Source of the DNA: Chiloscyllium plagiosum
Taxonomy: Eukaryota
DNA: 62,204 nucleotides
Direction of reading: 5' to 3'
Assembly (NCBI RefSeq): GCF_004010195.1
Contig: NC_057755.1
Coordinates: 4,586,859-4,649,062, forward strand
The notes under the pieces were generated by a model. The model was not told the origin of the DNA. It worked only from the letters and a program-made list of their open reading frames with translations, and did no database searches. A program made the position numbers and the translations under genes. Below are positions 1-12,019 of the stretch, one piece after another. Every line of letters starts with the position of its first letter. Position 1 is the stretch's first letter.

Positions 1-225
1 CCCCTACACCCCCCTCCCTCTCACTGTAACGTTCTCCAGCCCCTACATCCCTCCCTATCTCTGTCAGCTCCTCCAGCCCCTACACCCCTTTCAGTGTCTG
101 TTATCTCCTCCAACCCCTACAACTCATTCCATCTCTGTAAAATCCTCCAGCCCCCACAACAGCACACCACCTCAATATCTTTCTGCAGCCCCTACAACCT
201 TCCATGACCTTTACCCTCCAAAATG
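1..225. repeat. Degenerate C-rich minisatellite (~38 bp unit, core CTCCAGCCCCTACA)
   Basis: The core ctccagcccctaca or a close variant recurs near 34, 71, 108, 145 and 184. Confidence 0.75.
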
Positions 226-294
226 CCGGCAACTATCTGAGTTCCTATTATAATCTCTGCACCACTGCTGTGCCTTAGGTAGTTTGAAATTTAC

Positions 295-570
295 AAAATG
301 CAGCACCTCACATTTGTCTAAATTAATGTGACAAATCCATCTGCCACTTCTCTGCCCATTGGCCCATCTGGTCCAGATCCTGTTGTAATCTGAGGTAACC
401 CTCTTCGCTGTCCACTACACCCTCCAATTTTGGTGTCATCTGCAAACTTACTAACTGTACCTCTTTATGCTCGCATCCAAATCATTTATATAAATGATGA
501 AAAGAAGTGGACCCAACACTGATCTATGCGGAACTCCACTGGTCACAGGCCTCCAGTCTGAAAAACTTAA
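295..570 (-). mobile_element. CR1-type LINE RT fragment
   Basis: The reverse strand reads FADDTKIGG (tggtgtcatctgcaaa) in the typical CR1 RT context. Confidence 0.85.
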
Positions 571-639
571 CAACTGGTTCAGCTTTCGCTGTCTTTTGTG
601 GAAGTGTTCAAAACCTTTGAAGTTGGGAAGTTATTTTGC

Positions 640-1195
640 AGTTGTACGGGACATTGGTGAGGCCAAATTTGGAGTACTGTATTCAGTTTAAGTCACCTGA
701 CCATAGGAAGGATGTTATTAAACTAGAAACAAGTGCAATAGAAATTTATAAGGATGTTGCCAGGACTCGAGGGTCTGAGTTATAGGGAGAGTTTGGACAA
801 ATAGGACGTTTTTCTTAGTGTTGGACGACCGAGGGGAGATCTTAAAGAAGTGTACAAGATCATGAGAGGCATGGATAGAGTGAATGCACTCAGTCTTTTT
901 CCCAGGGTTGGGGAAGCGAGGACTCGAGGGCATCAGTTTAAGGCTCGAGGGGAAAGAATAAAAGGGAACCCGAGGGGCAATGTTTTTACAGAGGGTGGTA
1001 CGCACATTGAATGAGCTGCCAGTGCAATTGGTTGAAGCAGGTACACTGATGACATTTAAGAGGCATTTGGACAAATACATGGATAGGAAAGGGTTAGATG
1101 GATATGGACCAAGTGCAGGGAAATGGGGTTAGTGTGGACAGACATTTTGGCCAGCATGGACCTGTTTGGGCCGAAGGGCTTCTCTCTGTGCTGCT
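640..1195 (+). mobile_element. CR1-type LINE 3' fragment
   Basis: Degenerate RP.LEY...RKDVIKLE...RMLPG... coding remnant plus 3' UTR, similar to many other copies in the window. Confidence 0.85.
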
Positions 1196-1736
1196 GTACT
1201 CAGTACAGGAGCAGAGGGTCCTCAGGGTTCATGTGCATACTTCTCTGATGGTAGCCAGGCAAGTTGACTCAGTTTTTAAGGTTTATAGAATCCTTGTGTT
1301 TATAAATAGAGGCATAGTGTATAAAAACATGGACGTGATGCTTCACCTTGACAAATAATTGCTCCTGAGGTGTGTTGTATCATCTCTGAAAAGATTGATC
1401 AGAAAACATCTGCAGTTGCCTCTGCTCAGCCCCTACGTGATTACAAACTATACTTGGTGGTTTTGAGAGGGCCCTGAGGACTGTGATGACTGGATTTGAG
1501 TCCCACCTGCTTCAGAGGTGTGTAATAACGTTTCTGAACAGCTTGATGAGAAATCTCCTTCCAAGAGGAATCAGATGGTCACACAAGGAGTGAAATGATT
1601 ATTGGTGGGAAAGGTGGGAGGAGGAAGCTTCCTCCTGTTAGACCCCCCTCTCTCCTGTTCAAGAGAAACTTTGTCCCCTCACATAGACAGCAGAACGCAA
1701 ACAGACCCGGGTAAAGGTTTGGTTAAAACTAACAAG

Positions 1737-1742
1737 TTTATT
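1737..1742 (-). promoter_or_regulatory. Polyadenylation signal AATAAA of the CENPQ-like gene
   Basis: Plus-strand tttatt about 100 nt downstream of the stop codon at 1840. Confidence 0.65.
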
Positions 1743-1839
1743 ATAGATCTGCTTCTGGAAACATATAACTCCAATGCAAGGAATCAATTAGTTAACGGCT
1801 GAGACACAACACAGAACAAACATTAAAGGTAAAATTAAT

Positions 1840-1983
1840 TCAGTGGCCAATAGGAGAGACGTTTTCAGCTTCTGCATGGGCGTGTTCGAGGAAGGTCAAC
1901 AGGTTTTGCATGGCAGGGCAATGCTGAATAATCTGAAGGTCCTGGCGGAGTGAGACTTGATTTCCGATGGCCATCAGCTTCTC
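1840..1983 (-). CDS. CENPQ: Centromere protein Q-like, last coding exon (EKLMAIGNQVSLRQDLQIIQHCPAMQNLLTFLEHAHAEAENVSPIGH*)
   Basis: Acceptor ttcccag|GAG, phase 0, TGA stop. Resembles the recalled CENP-Q C-terminus (EILALIPNQNALLKDLDILHNSSQMKSMSTFIEEAY). Confidence 0.85.
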   Translation of the reverse strand, partial: EKLMAIGNQVSLRQDLQIIQHCPAMQNLLTFLEHAHAEAENVSPIGH

Positions 1984-2124
1984 CTGGGAACACACAATAG
2001 ACAGGAGGTTGCAGAGACAGCACAGTTACTCCCCAACACAGGGAAAGACACTGCTGCAGTGTCTCATCACGGGGGGCATGGGTTTGTGTCCGTGCGACTA
2101 AAGATGCTGGGGGATGGGTGCATC

Positions 2125-2565
2125 AGTGTGCTTGTGTGTATGTGTGCACTAGTGTACGAACGTGCGCAAGTGTGCCTGTATGTTTGTGTGTGCATGTAAG
2201 TGTGCTTGTTTGCATGTAAGTGCGTTTGGGTTGGTATTCAAGTGTGTGTGTGTATATATATATATATGTGTACGTGTGTGTTTATGCATGTGTGTACATG
2301 TCCTTGCGTTTGAGTGTGTGTACGTGTGTGCATGTGTGATAGTGCGTGTATGTATATGTACATGCTTGTGTGTGCATGTATGTGCGTGTAAGCGTATGCA
2401 AGTGTGCGTGTATGTGTACGCAAGTGTGCACATGTAAGTGTGTGTGTATGTCAGTGTGCGCGCATACATGTGTATGTAAGTGTGCCATGTATGTACCTGC
2501 GTGTACGTGCATGTCAGTGTGTGTGTGTGTGCGTGCGTGCGTGTACTTACGTGTCCGTGTATGTG
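2125..2565. repeat. Degenerate (TG)n/(RY)n microsatellite
   Basis: About 440 bp of alternating purine-pyrimidine sequence. Confidence 0.95.
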
Positions 2566-2879
2566 GAAGTGTGGAACTGCAGCAGGACCAGCCTGCAGTT
2601 GGGAATGAGCTCCTACCAGAGGTGGAAACCCATTCCGGAATGGCACCCAGTGCCCCCTGCTGGATTAACCATTCACTGCCGACGCACAGTGGGAGAGGCG
2701 TGTACCATCAGGCAAACCTCCTGGGACAGAAGCTTCCAAATTCCTACCACCTCAAAGAACAAGGGCAGCAGATATATGGGAACATCCCCCAAGCTCCCCT
2801 CCAACCCACTCACCATTCTGGGGCGGGGGTGGGGATTGTTTCGTGGCATGAAGAATAAATATTCAATCAATCACAGGCC

Positions 2880-3165
2880 AACATTTGTTTCCTGTCCGTA
2901 ACTGCCCCTCGAGAAAGTGGGACTGAGCTGCCATCTGGGACTGTTGCAGTCAGTGTGCCATAGATTGACCCTCAGTGCCCTGAGGGAGGGAATTCCAGGA
3001 TTCTGACCCGGCCACACTGAAGGAACGGCGATATATTCCCACACTATGATGGTGTGGGGCTGGGAGGGGAACTTGCAGGGGAGGGGTGGTGTTCCCATGT
3101 TATCTGCTGCCCCTTGTCTTTCCAGGTGGAAGTGGTTATGGGTTTGGAAGGTGCTGTCTGAGTGA
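2880..3165 (-). mobile_element. 3' remnant of a second LINE family (related copies near 20140-20430 on + and 15255-15360 on +)
   Basis: The reverse complement shares accatc...atatatcgccgttcctt...aatcctggaa.tccct with 20300-20400. Confidence 0.55.
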
Positions 3166-3584
3166 CCAAAAGGAAGGGGAAAAAAAAAAGAGAAGAAACC
3201 CCAGGGGATTAAGTGATTTATCAAACTCCCATCTTTTGCTTTCCAGACTATCGGTCAATAAGAACGCTGGCTTTCTTTCGCCCGTTTTCAATATCATCCC
3301 TGCAGAGCCTTGGGCTTTTGTGTTCTGTGGATGTGCCTGAACTAACTCAAGTTCTAATTCTGGACTACATCTTAAATATTAATCGGCTTTCCCATTTTTA
3401 TTTTGACAATGAATTTTTTTTTTGATAGTAAATGGATGCTGTTTGAGGTCGTCAAATGAATTAAGTGAAAGTCCCTTTCTTAATTCTGGATAGCATCATA
3501 AAAGGAAACCAATTACTCATTTTGGAGAGGGAATCAAAACACGTGGACAATGGAGCAACTCATTGAGTCGGTGGGGGGGGGGGG

Positions 3585-3865
3585 GGTAATTTAAGGATAA
3601 GGGATAAACCTTTCAGGACTGAGATGAGGTGAAACATCCTCACCCAGAGAGAGAGGTGAGCCAGTGTAACTCTCCATCACAGACAGTGGCTGAGGCCAAA
3701 CCATTGTGTGCTTTCAAGAAGGAGATGGATATAGCTCTTGTGGTGAAAGGGATGGAAGGATGTGGGGAGAGGGAGGGATTAGGGGATGAGGCTCAGTGAT
3801 CAGCCATGGTCTTATTGAATAACAGCACAGACTCAAGGGGTTGAATGGCCTACTTCTGCTCCTCG
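3585..3865 (+). mobile_element. CR1-type LINE 3' end remnant
   Basis: ttcaggactgagatgagg...gatcagccatg...gaatggcctacttctgctcct 3' motif. Confidence 0.75.
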
Positions 3866-4159
3866 CAACACAGAAAGAGAACCCAGTCCCCCCAATTCAC
3901 TCCAGTGCCACTATCCAACGGGTGAGTCGAGGTAACCGGTCTCTCGATTGTCCCTGTGTGAACGTCGGCTGGAGCTGAGAGTTCCATTCCCTCGGAGGTG
4001 AAAAGCAGATGGCTTCGCATCTCCCTGCGCTGACATTCATTCCTTTAAACACATTAATGCGTGCAGCTCTGACCACAACTGCTCCAATCCGCTTCTCCTT
4101 CCACACACTGTTCTCCCAATCCCAACCCCTTCCATCATTTCCACACTGTGGACACCTAC

Positions 4160-4228
4160 CTGAAGAGTGGTTTGCTGGAAACTGGCTTCAGGGAGCTCCG
4201 GGAGGTTTAGAACTCCAACACCCACATT
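4160..4228 (-). CDS. CENPQ: CENPQ-like coding exon (NVGVGVLNLPELPEASFQQTTLQ)
   Basis: ctcctcag|AAT...CAG|gtaggt, 69 nt, phase 0-0. Matches the GVLSLPEL...PTLQ motif of CENP-Q. Confidence 0.85.
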
Positions 4229-4257
4229 CTGAGGAGAGAGGGAGGAAGGGGGAGGGG

Positions 4258-4259
<2 letters not shown>

Positions 4260-4298
<39 letters not shown>
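4260..4298. repeat. (GA)n microsatellite
   Basis: Perfect GA run; on the minus strand it forms the pyrimidine tract upstream of the 4228 acceptor. Confidence 0.95.
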
Positions 4299-4302
<4 letters not shown>

Positions 4303-4549
4303 GTCAGTATCCTGCCTCAAGGAGAGAAGGCTCCTTTCCAGCCGGGCTCAGGAATGGCAATAAAAAGGACCAACATTGACACAATCCCTTGTTGAAAATG
4401 ACATTGAATATTGGCCAGCAGCATCTCTCCAATCTTCCTCCTTCAGAATAGTAACGAGTGCGATGATCTCTGTCCTTCCAACTAGAACATAGGAGAGACG
4501 GGCAGGACGTTTGCAGGTGACACTAACATTGGAGGTGGAGTGGACAGCA

Positions 4550-5700
4550 AAGCAGATTACCTCAGATTACTACAGGACCTTCATCAGATGGCCTGAGGAG
4601 TGGCAAATAGAGTTTAATTCAGATCAATGTGAGGTGGGACATTTCGGAAAGTCAGTGTGGATTCATTGTGCCGAGTGGCCTGGTCCCACACTGCAGGGAT
4701 TCTCCCATTCTCGTCCCAGAGAACTGGAGAATGGCAAATGGTACATGCTACTTGAAAAAAGGTTGTAACAATTGGCTCAGCAATTCTAGCCCAGTCGGGT
4801 TAACTTTGGTAGTGGGAATCTTCCAGAAACAACAGTTCTAGATAGGGCTAGTATTCCCATGGAAAAATACTGGTTCATTTGGAAGGTTCATCATGGATTC
4901 GTTCAAGGAGAATCATCTCGAACTAACTTGCTTGAGTTTCTTGAAGAGGAAGGGGATAATGAAGCTGGAAAGGGGTCAGAAAAGGTTTCCCAGGATGTTG
5001 CTGGGAATGGAGAGTTGGAGCTAGAAGGTGAGGCTGGATACGCTGAGACCTTTCTCACAGCAGCGTATGAGGTTGAGGGGTGACCTTCACGAGATTGATG
5101 AAACCATGAGGGGCATCGATAAGGTGATTAGCAAAGGTCTTTTTCTTAAGGCAGTGGCGGGGGGGGGGCAGTTCAAAACAAGGGGGAAGATTTTTAAGGT
5201 GAGAAGAGAAAGGTTTGAAAAGGACATGGGGGGGTTCAATGTTTTTTTGACACAGAGTGTGGTTAGTGTGTGGAATAAACTGCCAGAGAAAGTGGCAGAC
5301 GCAGACACAGTCACAACATTGAACAGATATTCGGATAAGTCCATGAATAGGAAAAGGTTAAGAGGGATATGGGCCAAACGCAGGCAGATAGGACTGGTTT
5401 AGTTTCGGAACATGGTTGGTGAGGACTAGTTTCTGTGATGCATGACTCGATGAGCTAACTCAGAAGGTTGATAAGGGTAACGCTGTTGATGTGGTGTACA
5501 TGGACTTCTGTTCAATATAGTGTCACACAACAAGCTTGTGTGGAAAGGTTCAGGTCAGGGAGTAAAAGGGTTCCGAAACAGACTGAAGGAGAAGAAACAG
5601 GGGAGGAACGGTGAAGGGGTAACAGGACAAAGGTTTGTGGTGGAGTTCTCCAGGGGTTGGCATTGGGACCTGAGCATTTTCTAATATATAACCACCCGCA
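4550..5700 (+). mobile_element. Cluster of decayed CR1 LINE fragments
   Basis: Remnant peptides HGFVQGESSRTNLLEF, VVSVWNKLPEKV and VDVVYMDF. Confidence 0.75.
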
Positions 5701-6461
5701 CCTTGGTGTGTAGGGGACCATTTCACAGCCTGTGAATGATACAGCACTTGGGTGCAGTGGAAACGGCAAGGGAGGCAGGTTGGTTACAGAACCTCTGGGC
5801 AATCAGGGACAGGCAATGAATGCTGGCCACATCCCAATCAAGGAATTAAATTAAAAAATGGGCACAGCAAGTTGGCAGAGTGGGCAGGCAAGTGGCAGCT
5901 GAAGTTCAGTGTGGAGCAGCGCGACGCGATGGATTTCGGAAGAACGTGCAGAGACAGCACAACAGAAAAGGTATTATTCTGAAGGGCATGCAGGTGTGGA
6001 GAGAGCTGGCTGCATCTGGGTAACTGGTCACTAAAGGTGGCAGGACAGGGACAGAGTGAATCCAGCCTGGGCTCACGGAGAGTGTATTTGAGATTTGTTT
6101 CCACAGTGTGCCCGTGGTGGAGATCAGCATACTGTGAGTCACAGCCACCATCGGGAAGAGGAAGGATAGGTTCCTGCTGGCCTGGCTGGAGTCCTACAGG
6201 GAATACCGCTGGCCCTGAATATAATTCCAAGACTCCCAGCCTGAAAGCTTGTGTCTATGGATATGCAGCATGAACAGGCTCAGGGTTAATCCTGTGCCCC
6301 AGTTTTGCCTGTGATAGTGAGTGAGGGGTGAAATGAAGGCATCGCTCCCTCCCAGTCATGAGGGCGGGTTAACCAATAGGAAGAGCCGATTCGGCTGTGG
6401 CCAATTTTGGACAATGCACTGAGCGTGTGCGGTCACAGCGGGGAGGGGGACAGACACCCAC

Positions 6462-6581
6462 CTGGAACTGCTCGTTTTCTGTCTCGTCCAGAAATGCTCT
6501 CAGAGTACTGATCTCATTCTGCAGCTTGTCCACGTCCTCGCTGTTCTGCTCCATGGTCTTGAGGATCTTATCCAACTCATC
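6462..6581 (-). CDS. CENPQ: CENPQ-like coiled-coil exon (DELDKILKTMEQNSEDVDKLQNEISTLRAFLDETENEQFQ)
   Basis: cctcag|GAT...CAG|gtgggt, 120 nt, phase 0-0, heptad-like pattern. Confidence 0.88.
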
Positions 6582-7600
6582 CTGAGGCACAAGGAGAGGC
6601 CGAGTCATCCAGGAGACACTGAATTTGGGGGAGGGGGTGGGGGTGCAGGGAAAGCAGCGAGCTGCAGTGTGTCCCTTCAGCCCATCGTCCTGGAGCCTGG
6701 AATGTAGCGGTCGGCAGCACTCGGTCAGGGTCAAGCCCCTCGCTCTGGAAAACCCACACATTTCGGGCAGAGCAAAGAGGGTCTTTCACCGAGTTGCTGA
6801 CCCCCCTCCCCTCCAGGCGCAGTTGGTTGTTTCGTCTTGGTGTGCGTCCCCGGGCGGGGATCAGACCGGAGAGCGCAGAATCCCGGGATACACAGCATCG
6901 TGGAGATGGGGAACGATTTCCTCACACAGCCGGTGCCCATCCTGTAGAATTCTCTCCCACAGAAAGGTCTGGCGGCCGGGGCCACTGAGAACATTCCGGA
7001 AAGCAAGAAGTCAGACAACGGCCAGGTTATAGTCTGACGGGTTTAATTGGAATCAGGAGCTTTCGGAACCTCATCAGGCGACAAAGCTCATGGTTTCAAA
7101 TACACCAGTGAGACTATCATCTGGGGCAGTGTAACTTCAGACATTGTGTTCACCCCAGTCCAACACCCAGCACCTCCACATCGCACATTCGAGAGAGAGA
7201 TGGAGGGAGAGGGAGAGGGAGAGGGAGAGGGATACACTTTTGGATATTAAACATGTCGAGAGCGTGGAGGGAATGCGGGAATACGGCTCGGAGATAGAGG
7301 GTCAGTCAGGGTCACATTGAATGGCAGAACAGGCTGAGAGGGGCCGAATGGCCTACTCCAGCCCGAGTTTTGATGCTTTAAGAGGGGAACTGGGTAAATC
7401 CAGGCAGGCAGGATGGTTCGCATGGGGTTTGGGGTTGACTGAGGGGGGAATGAGACTAAAATAGATGAGGTCTGTAAATAGCTAACAGCCCTAGGAGGAG
7501 CCTGATGGGTAAGATTCTCCATAGAGTGCGATGGAGATCGGGAAGCTCCTGCCTCGATTGGAATGTTACTAACTGGGTGAGTCGTGTTCGAGTTAAATAC

Positions 7601-7730
7601 CTGCAAGACTCGCAGGGAGACTTCATCCTCCTTCAGGTATTCTTCCTTGGACACACAGGACCTCTGGACATTTCTCAAATCTTTCAATTTGCTCACAGGT
7701 ACTTTGAGGGAGGAACATCGATCCAGAAAT
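7601..7730 (-). CDS. CENPQ: CENPQ-like exon (FLDRCSSLKVPVSKLKDLRNVQRSCVSKEEYLKEDEVSLRVLQ)
   Basis: ttctttccag|A TTT...CAG|gtattt, 130 nt, phase 2-0. Contains the C.xLKVP hallmark of CENP-Q. Confidence 0.9.
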
Positions 7731-7935
7731 CTGGAAAGAAGGAAAAGCACGAATGTTACTGGGCAGGCCTGAAAAATGCCAGGAAAGCTGAATGTTTGAA
7801 GAGTGCTGCTCTGGGCTGAAACGTTCCAACTACCGCTGAATGTGGGCTCTGCAGCTTCAGAGAGAGAGAGGGACTACAGCAAGATTCCCCTTCCCTCCAC
7901 ACGGCACGGCGAAGATTCCCAGCAGCCACACCTAC

Positions 7936-8004
7936 CTGTGCTTTAACTGGCTCAGATGTTCCTGACTGGCCTCCATCTTGGAACCCTTCAGTGGTAGCGC
8001 ATTG
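7936..8004 (-). CDS. CENPQ: CENPQ-like exon (NALPLKGSKMEASQEHLSQLKHR)
   Basis: tttcccgcag|C...AG|gtaggt, 69 nt, phase 2-2. Resembles IQYHLNFLKKR. Confidence 0.88.
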
Positions 8005-8523
8005 CTGCGGGAAATCAGAGCGCAAGTTTTAAAATCGGCTGCAATTTGGCACAACGAGAGATGAAAATAAAACACAGAGACGTGAGCGAGACGGGATTTG
8101 GAATAGGGAGGGGAGCAGGGTGGCAACACAGACAACCCAAACGTTCCCCGAGCACCACTGACCACAGGGCAGGAGGCTACGCGCGCACTATTCCACATGT
8201 GGCGACATGTTACTTCTGCAGGGGTCAGGGTTGGTGGGCAGTAACTGGAAGCCAGTTACATCTGGGGAGGGAGGGGTGAACGGGGGGGGGGGGGTAGAAG
8301 TGCACATGGGTCGAGAGGAGAGCCCTTTACGAAACACAGCAATAATTTGACAGGTCTCGGCCTGAGAAAAGCCTCAGGCTCTTCAATCCTCCAGTCTGGT
8401 GTCACACTGATAAATGCACCTTCTCCTTTGAGATCCTGGAAAGACTGACATCAGGCAGTTCCCAACCACTCTGTGCTCAAGGCCAATCGAAGCCATTGAT
8501 GAAACATTATGATGGGTACATAC

Positions 8524-8632
8524 TATATAGCAATGTCGATTGCTGCAGCGATGTAGTCTCTCGTACTCTGGGGTAGTGGTTTCCATCGAGCAGTGTTCAC
8601 ATTGGGCACCTTCCCCACCTTCTGTTTGGGAT
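8524..8632 (-). CDS. CENPQ: CENPQ-like exon (PKQKVGKVPNVNTARWKPLPQSTRDYIAAAIDIAI)
   Basis: ttttctgtgcag|AT...TA|gtatgt, 109 nt, phase 1-2. WKPLPQSTRDYI matches the CENP-Q WQPLSKSTRDHL motif. Confidence 0.9.
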
Positions 8633-8899
8633 CTGCACAGAAAAGAGCGCAGGTTACTGCAGTGGTCTCCGCTGTCATGGAACAAGCTCACCAAGATCGG
8701 TAACAGTGTCTGATGTGGGAGAAAGAATGGTGATTCTGCGCCTGACCGAGAAAGCTTTGTTTTGGAGCAGAAGCCAGTGTGTCAATAAACACAGCGATTT
8801 CAGCACCGCATGGAAGCTAACACAGCGTTTCGATCAACTGCCACTCAATAAGATCACAGCGCAACCGCTTACTGTCCAGCCCTGAGAACCTTTCACTCT

Positions 8900-9650
8900 T
8901 TCCCTTCTCCAGAGGATCTTCAAGGATTCGGCTTCTGAGGCAGAGAGTACAAACAAACTCAGGAGCCTCCGAGAAAAACAAATCTTCCTCCGTTTGAAAT
9001 GGACAACACACCATTTTTGAAATGGTGACACCTTTGTTCTGGATTCTGTCAGGACGGGAAACATCATCTCCACGTCCATCCTGTCAGGGCCCCTCGGGAT
9101 CTCATGCTCCCATCAAGTCACCTCTTACTGTTCTAAACTCCAGCAGGTACGAGCCTGACCTGTGCAAACATTTCTTGTGAGACCACCAAGCCCATTCCAG
9201 GTCTGAGTAAAGTTAACTTTCTCTGAACTGCCTCCAATACATTGAGATCCTTCCTTCGAAAAGGGGACCGATACTGGACAAAGCACTCCAGATGTGGTTT
9301 CACCAATGTTCTGGACAACTGAAACATGACCTCCCTATTTTTGCATTCAATCCCCCTTGCAATAAACAACAACATGGTTTTAGCTTTCCTGATTCCCAGT
9401 TGTACCTGAATACTAAGCTTTCAGAATAATTCACACATGAGGATACCCAGATTCCCATGCAATCTCTCACCATTTATGCTTTTTTAAAAATTCTTCCTGT
9501 CAATATTCTCCATATTCCCACATTGTGCTCCATTTACCAGACTTATTTCTTCTTTCTCCCCCCTCTCATGTCACCTTCACAATCTAATTTCCTCCCGAGC
9601 TTTGCGCCAGCAGCAAACGTGGCCACGATACCTCCAGTTCCTTCATCCAC
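8900..9650 (-). mobile_element. Decayed CR1 LINE
   Basis: LVKPHLECFVQYRSP...LEAVQRKLT remnant. Confidence 0.8.
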
Positions 9651-9758
9651 ATCCTCCCTCTGCCCCCAGCTCTCATTCCCCACTGTCTTGCTCATTTAAG
9701 ACAATTTCCACTTGCTCCACATGATAATTGATCGGAAACACAACACAAGAGTGCTCAC

Positions 9759-9813
9759 TCATCTGACTGGAATTGCCTGCGGTTTTTCTCTTCTTTGTGG
9801 CAGGCTGTTCATT
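9759..9813 (-). CDS. CENPQ: CENPQ-like exon (NEQPATKKRKTAGNSSQM) with a KKRK NLS-like motif
   Basis: ctgcttacag|AAT...ATG A|gtgagc, 55 nt, phase 0-1. Joins 8632 in frame. Confidence 0.8.
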
Positions 9814-9834
9814 CTGTAAGCAGAAGAGACAAGT

Positions 9835-10302
9835 TATAGAGTCACAGAGATGTATAGTATGGAAACAGGCCCTTCGGTCCAACCCGTCCATGCTGTCCCA
9901 GATATCCTAACCTATTCTAGTCCCATTTAGAGTCACAGAGATGTACAGCACGGAAACAGACCCTTTGGCCCAACCCGTCCATGCTGACCCAGATATCCTA
10001 ACCTAATCTTGTCCCATTAGCCAGCACTTGGCCCATCTCCCTCTAACCCCTTCCTATTCATATACCCATCCAAATGCCTCTTAAATGTTGCAATTGTACC
10101 AGCCTCCACCACTTCCTCTGGCAGCTCATTCCATACACGCACCACCCACTCAGAGAAAAAGTTGCCCCTTAGGTTCCTTTTTAAATCTTTCCCCTCTCAC
10201 CTTCAACCTACACCCTCTAGTTCCGGACTCCCCAGAAAAAAAGTCTTTTGCTATTTACTCTATCCATGCCCCATGGTTTTATAAACCCCTAGAAGGTCAC
10301 CC
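9835..10302 (-). mobile_element. CR1 (HER1-like) LINE 3' end with a duplicated ~92 bp terminus
   Basis: tagagtcacagagatgta...ctagtcccatt occurs at 9837 and 9928. Confidence 0.85.
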
Positions 10303-10679
10303 CGCACAGTGTCTAGCCCTGGCCCACACTTTCAGAGCACCCTCCCACCCAGGGTTAACACTGAAACCTGGAACTCAGGACAGGAAGGCGATAAGAATGG
10401 AGTCCCTCTGTGAAACTTGGGTGTCCATCGCTGTAAATGAGAGAGAGAGAGATCAAGCGAGTGGAGTTGCGAGCAGTTAGAAAATCACAGCAGGCTGTGA
10501 CTGACTGACTGACTGTTCATGGACTGAACTACTTTACTTGCTCATTTCACCCATGCTCCCGTCAAGAGGAAAGCCCAAAGCGTAAGGAGGGAAATATTTT
10601 CGGGATATTCCCAGCACTCATTCCCTTCCGACCTCTCTCATTTTATGCCCTCATCTCTTTGTCTTGCCACATGAAAGCT

Positions 10680-11105
10680 TAGACAATAGGAGTAGCCCTT
10701 CCAGTCTGCTCTCCCATTCAGTATTACCACGGCTGATCATCCAACTCAGTCCCCTGTTCTCGTTTGTTCCCCATATCCTTCAGTCCCTTTAGCCCCAAGA
10801 ACTATATCGAACTCCTTCTTGAAAGCATTCAATGATTTGGCCTCCAATCCCTTTCTGTTCAGAGAATTCCACAGGCTCCCCACTCTCTGCATGAACAAAT
10901 TTCTCAACTCAGTTCGAGATGGCCTACCCTGTATCCTTAGATGGTGAGCCCCTGGTTCTGGACTCCCCAGTTACATCTTTCCTGAGTTTCCCCTGTCTTG
11001 ACCTGTTTCTGTGAGATCTCCCCCTCATTGTTCTAATCTCCAGTGAATATTGCCTTAATCGATCCAATCTCTCTTCATACATCCCAGGAATCAGTCTGAT
11101 AAACA
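10680..11105 (-). mobile_element. CR1 LINE 3' remnant
   Basis: FIRLIPGM.YEERLDRL remnant plus 3' UTR motif. Confidence 0.75.
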
Positions 11106-11229
11106 TTCTCTCTCTACTTTCCAAGCCACATCCCTCTTGGCTTTCTCTTTTACATCTGGGTGACACTTTCTGTATCTCTTTGTGCCCCATTTCAATATTC
11201 TTTTTCCCTGCATCCCTCATTGACATGAC

Positions 11230-11256
11230 CTCAGATGCTTTCTTCCTCGGCTTCAT
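11230..11256 (-). CDS. CENPQ: CENPQ-like first coding segment (MKPRKKASE) within exon 11230-11328
   Basis: Acceptor tgtttcttcag| at 11328, accATG Kozak context at 11256, donor GAG|gtcatg, phase 0. The whole exon is open in frame, so a start further upstream is possible. Confidence 0.65.
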
Positions 11257-11562
11257 GGTCTTGGCTCTCCAGTGTCTCTGCTGGTTTTCCAGCCGTGGTT
11301 GGTTCTGGGGTTTCAATTTGGTTCGTTCCTGAAGAAACAGAAAATTAAGAGACAATTTTGAGCCACATCCACCTCAGTCTGTTTTCCCAATCAGCCACAG
11401 CTAAACCCTAGCATGACTTTGACAAACATTTGCACTTGCACGATAGGTGTGACTGGGGTCCGAGAAGGAACCAGGAATCCCCAGGTTTTATCTTAACCCC
11501 TTGGGAAGTGACAGTGTTTCTGCTGGACTTGCAATCCAGCAACTCCAGTATTGTTCAAAAGG

Positions 11563-11650
11563 GAGCTCTTGTGGTGCAGTGGTGGTGACTCTGAGCTAGA
11601 AGGACTGGGTTCAAGACCCACTTCCTCTAGAGGTATGTCCGAATATTTTA
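11563..11650 (+). mobile_element. tRNA-derived SINE head remnant
   Basis: A-box-like gtggtgcagtggt and B-box-like gggttcaagaccc. Confidence 0.5.
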
Positions 11651-12019
11651 ATTAGAAAAATAATTTATATTCTCCCCCTTTGCTCAAGCTTCTCGTTAGG
11701 CTGGGCTCATGCTCTCAGTGTACACCCAAAGATCAATGTGTTAGTATAGTGGCCCTGAAATCTCTCTCTGAAATCCAGTTTCCCACTCGGAGCTCGACTC
11801 CAACGTAAAGGCGAATGACAGTGTGCAATCTGCTCTGACCATTCAGCTGTTGCCGGCATGTTGGATAATAGCTCAGCACATCTCTAACCCTGTGAACAGC
11901 AACAAACTGGTTTCAAAAACAAAACTTGCATCTTTAACACTGGAGGAAATGTCCGACAGCACGTCACAGAACCGGAACCAAACAAAATATGACACATTCA
12001 GGGATACCTCATCATCACA

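Noticed and set aside
2149..2901. His/Thr- and Cys/Val-rich ORFs
   Set aside because: These are translations of a TG/CA microsatellite.
8873..8934. Apparent 62-nt exon (cctcag|...|gtaagc) inside CENPQ
   Set aside because: It would break the frame between the phase-1 junctions at 9759 and 8632 and overlaps a LINE remnant. At most it is a poison exon.
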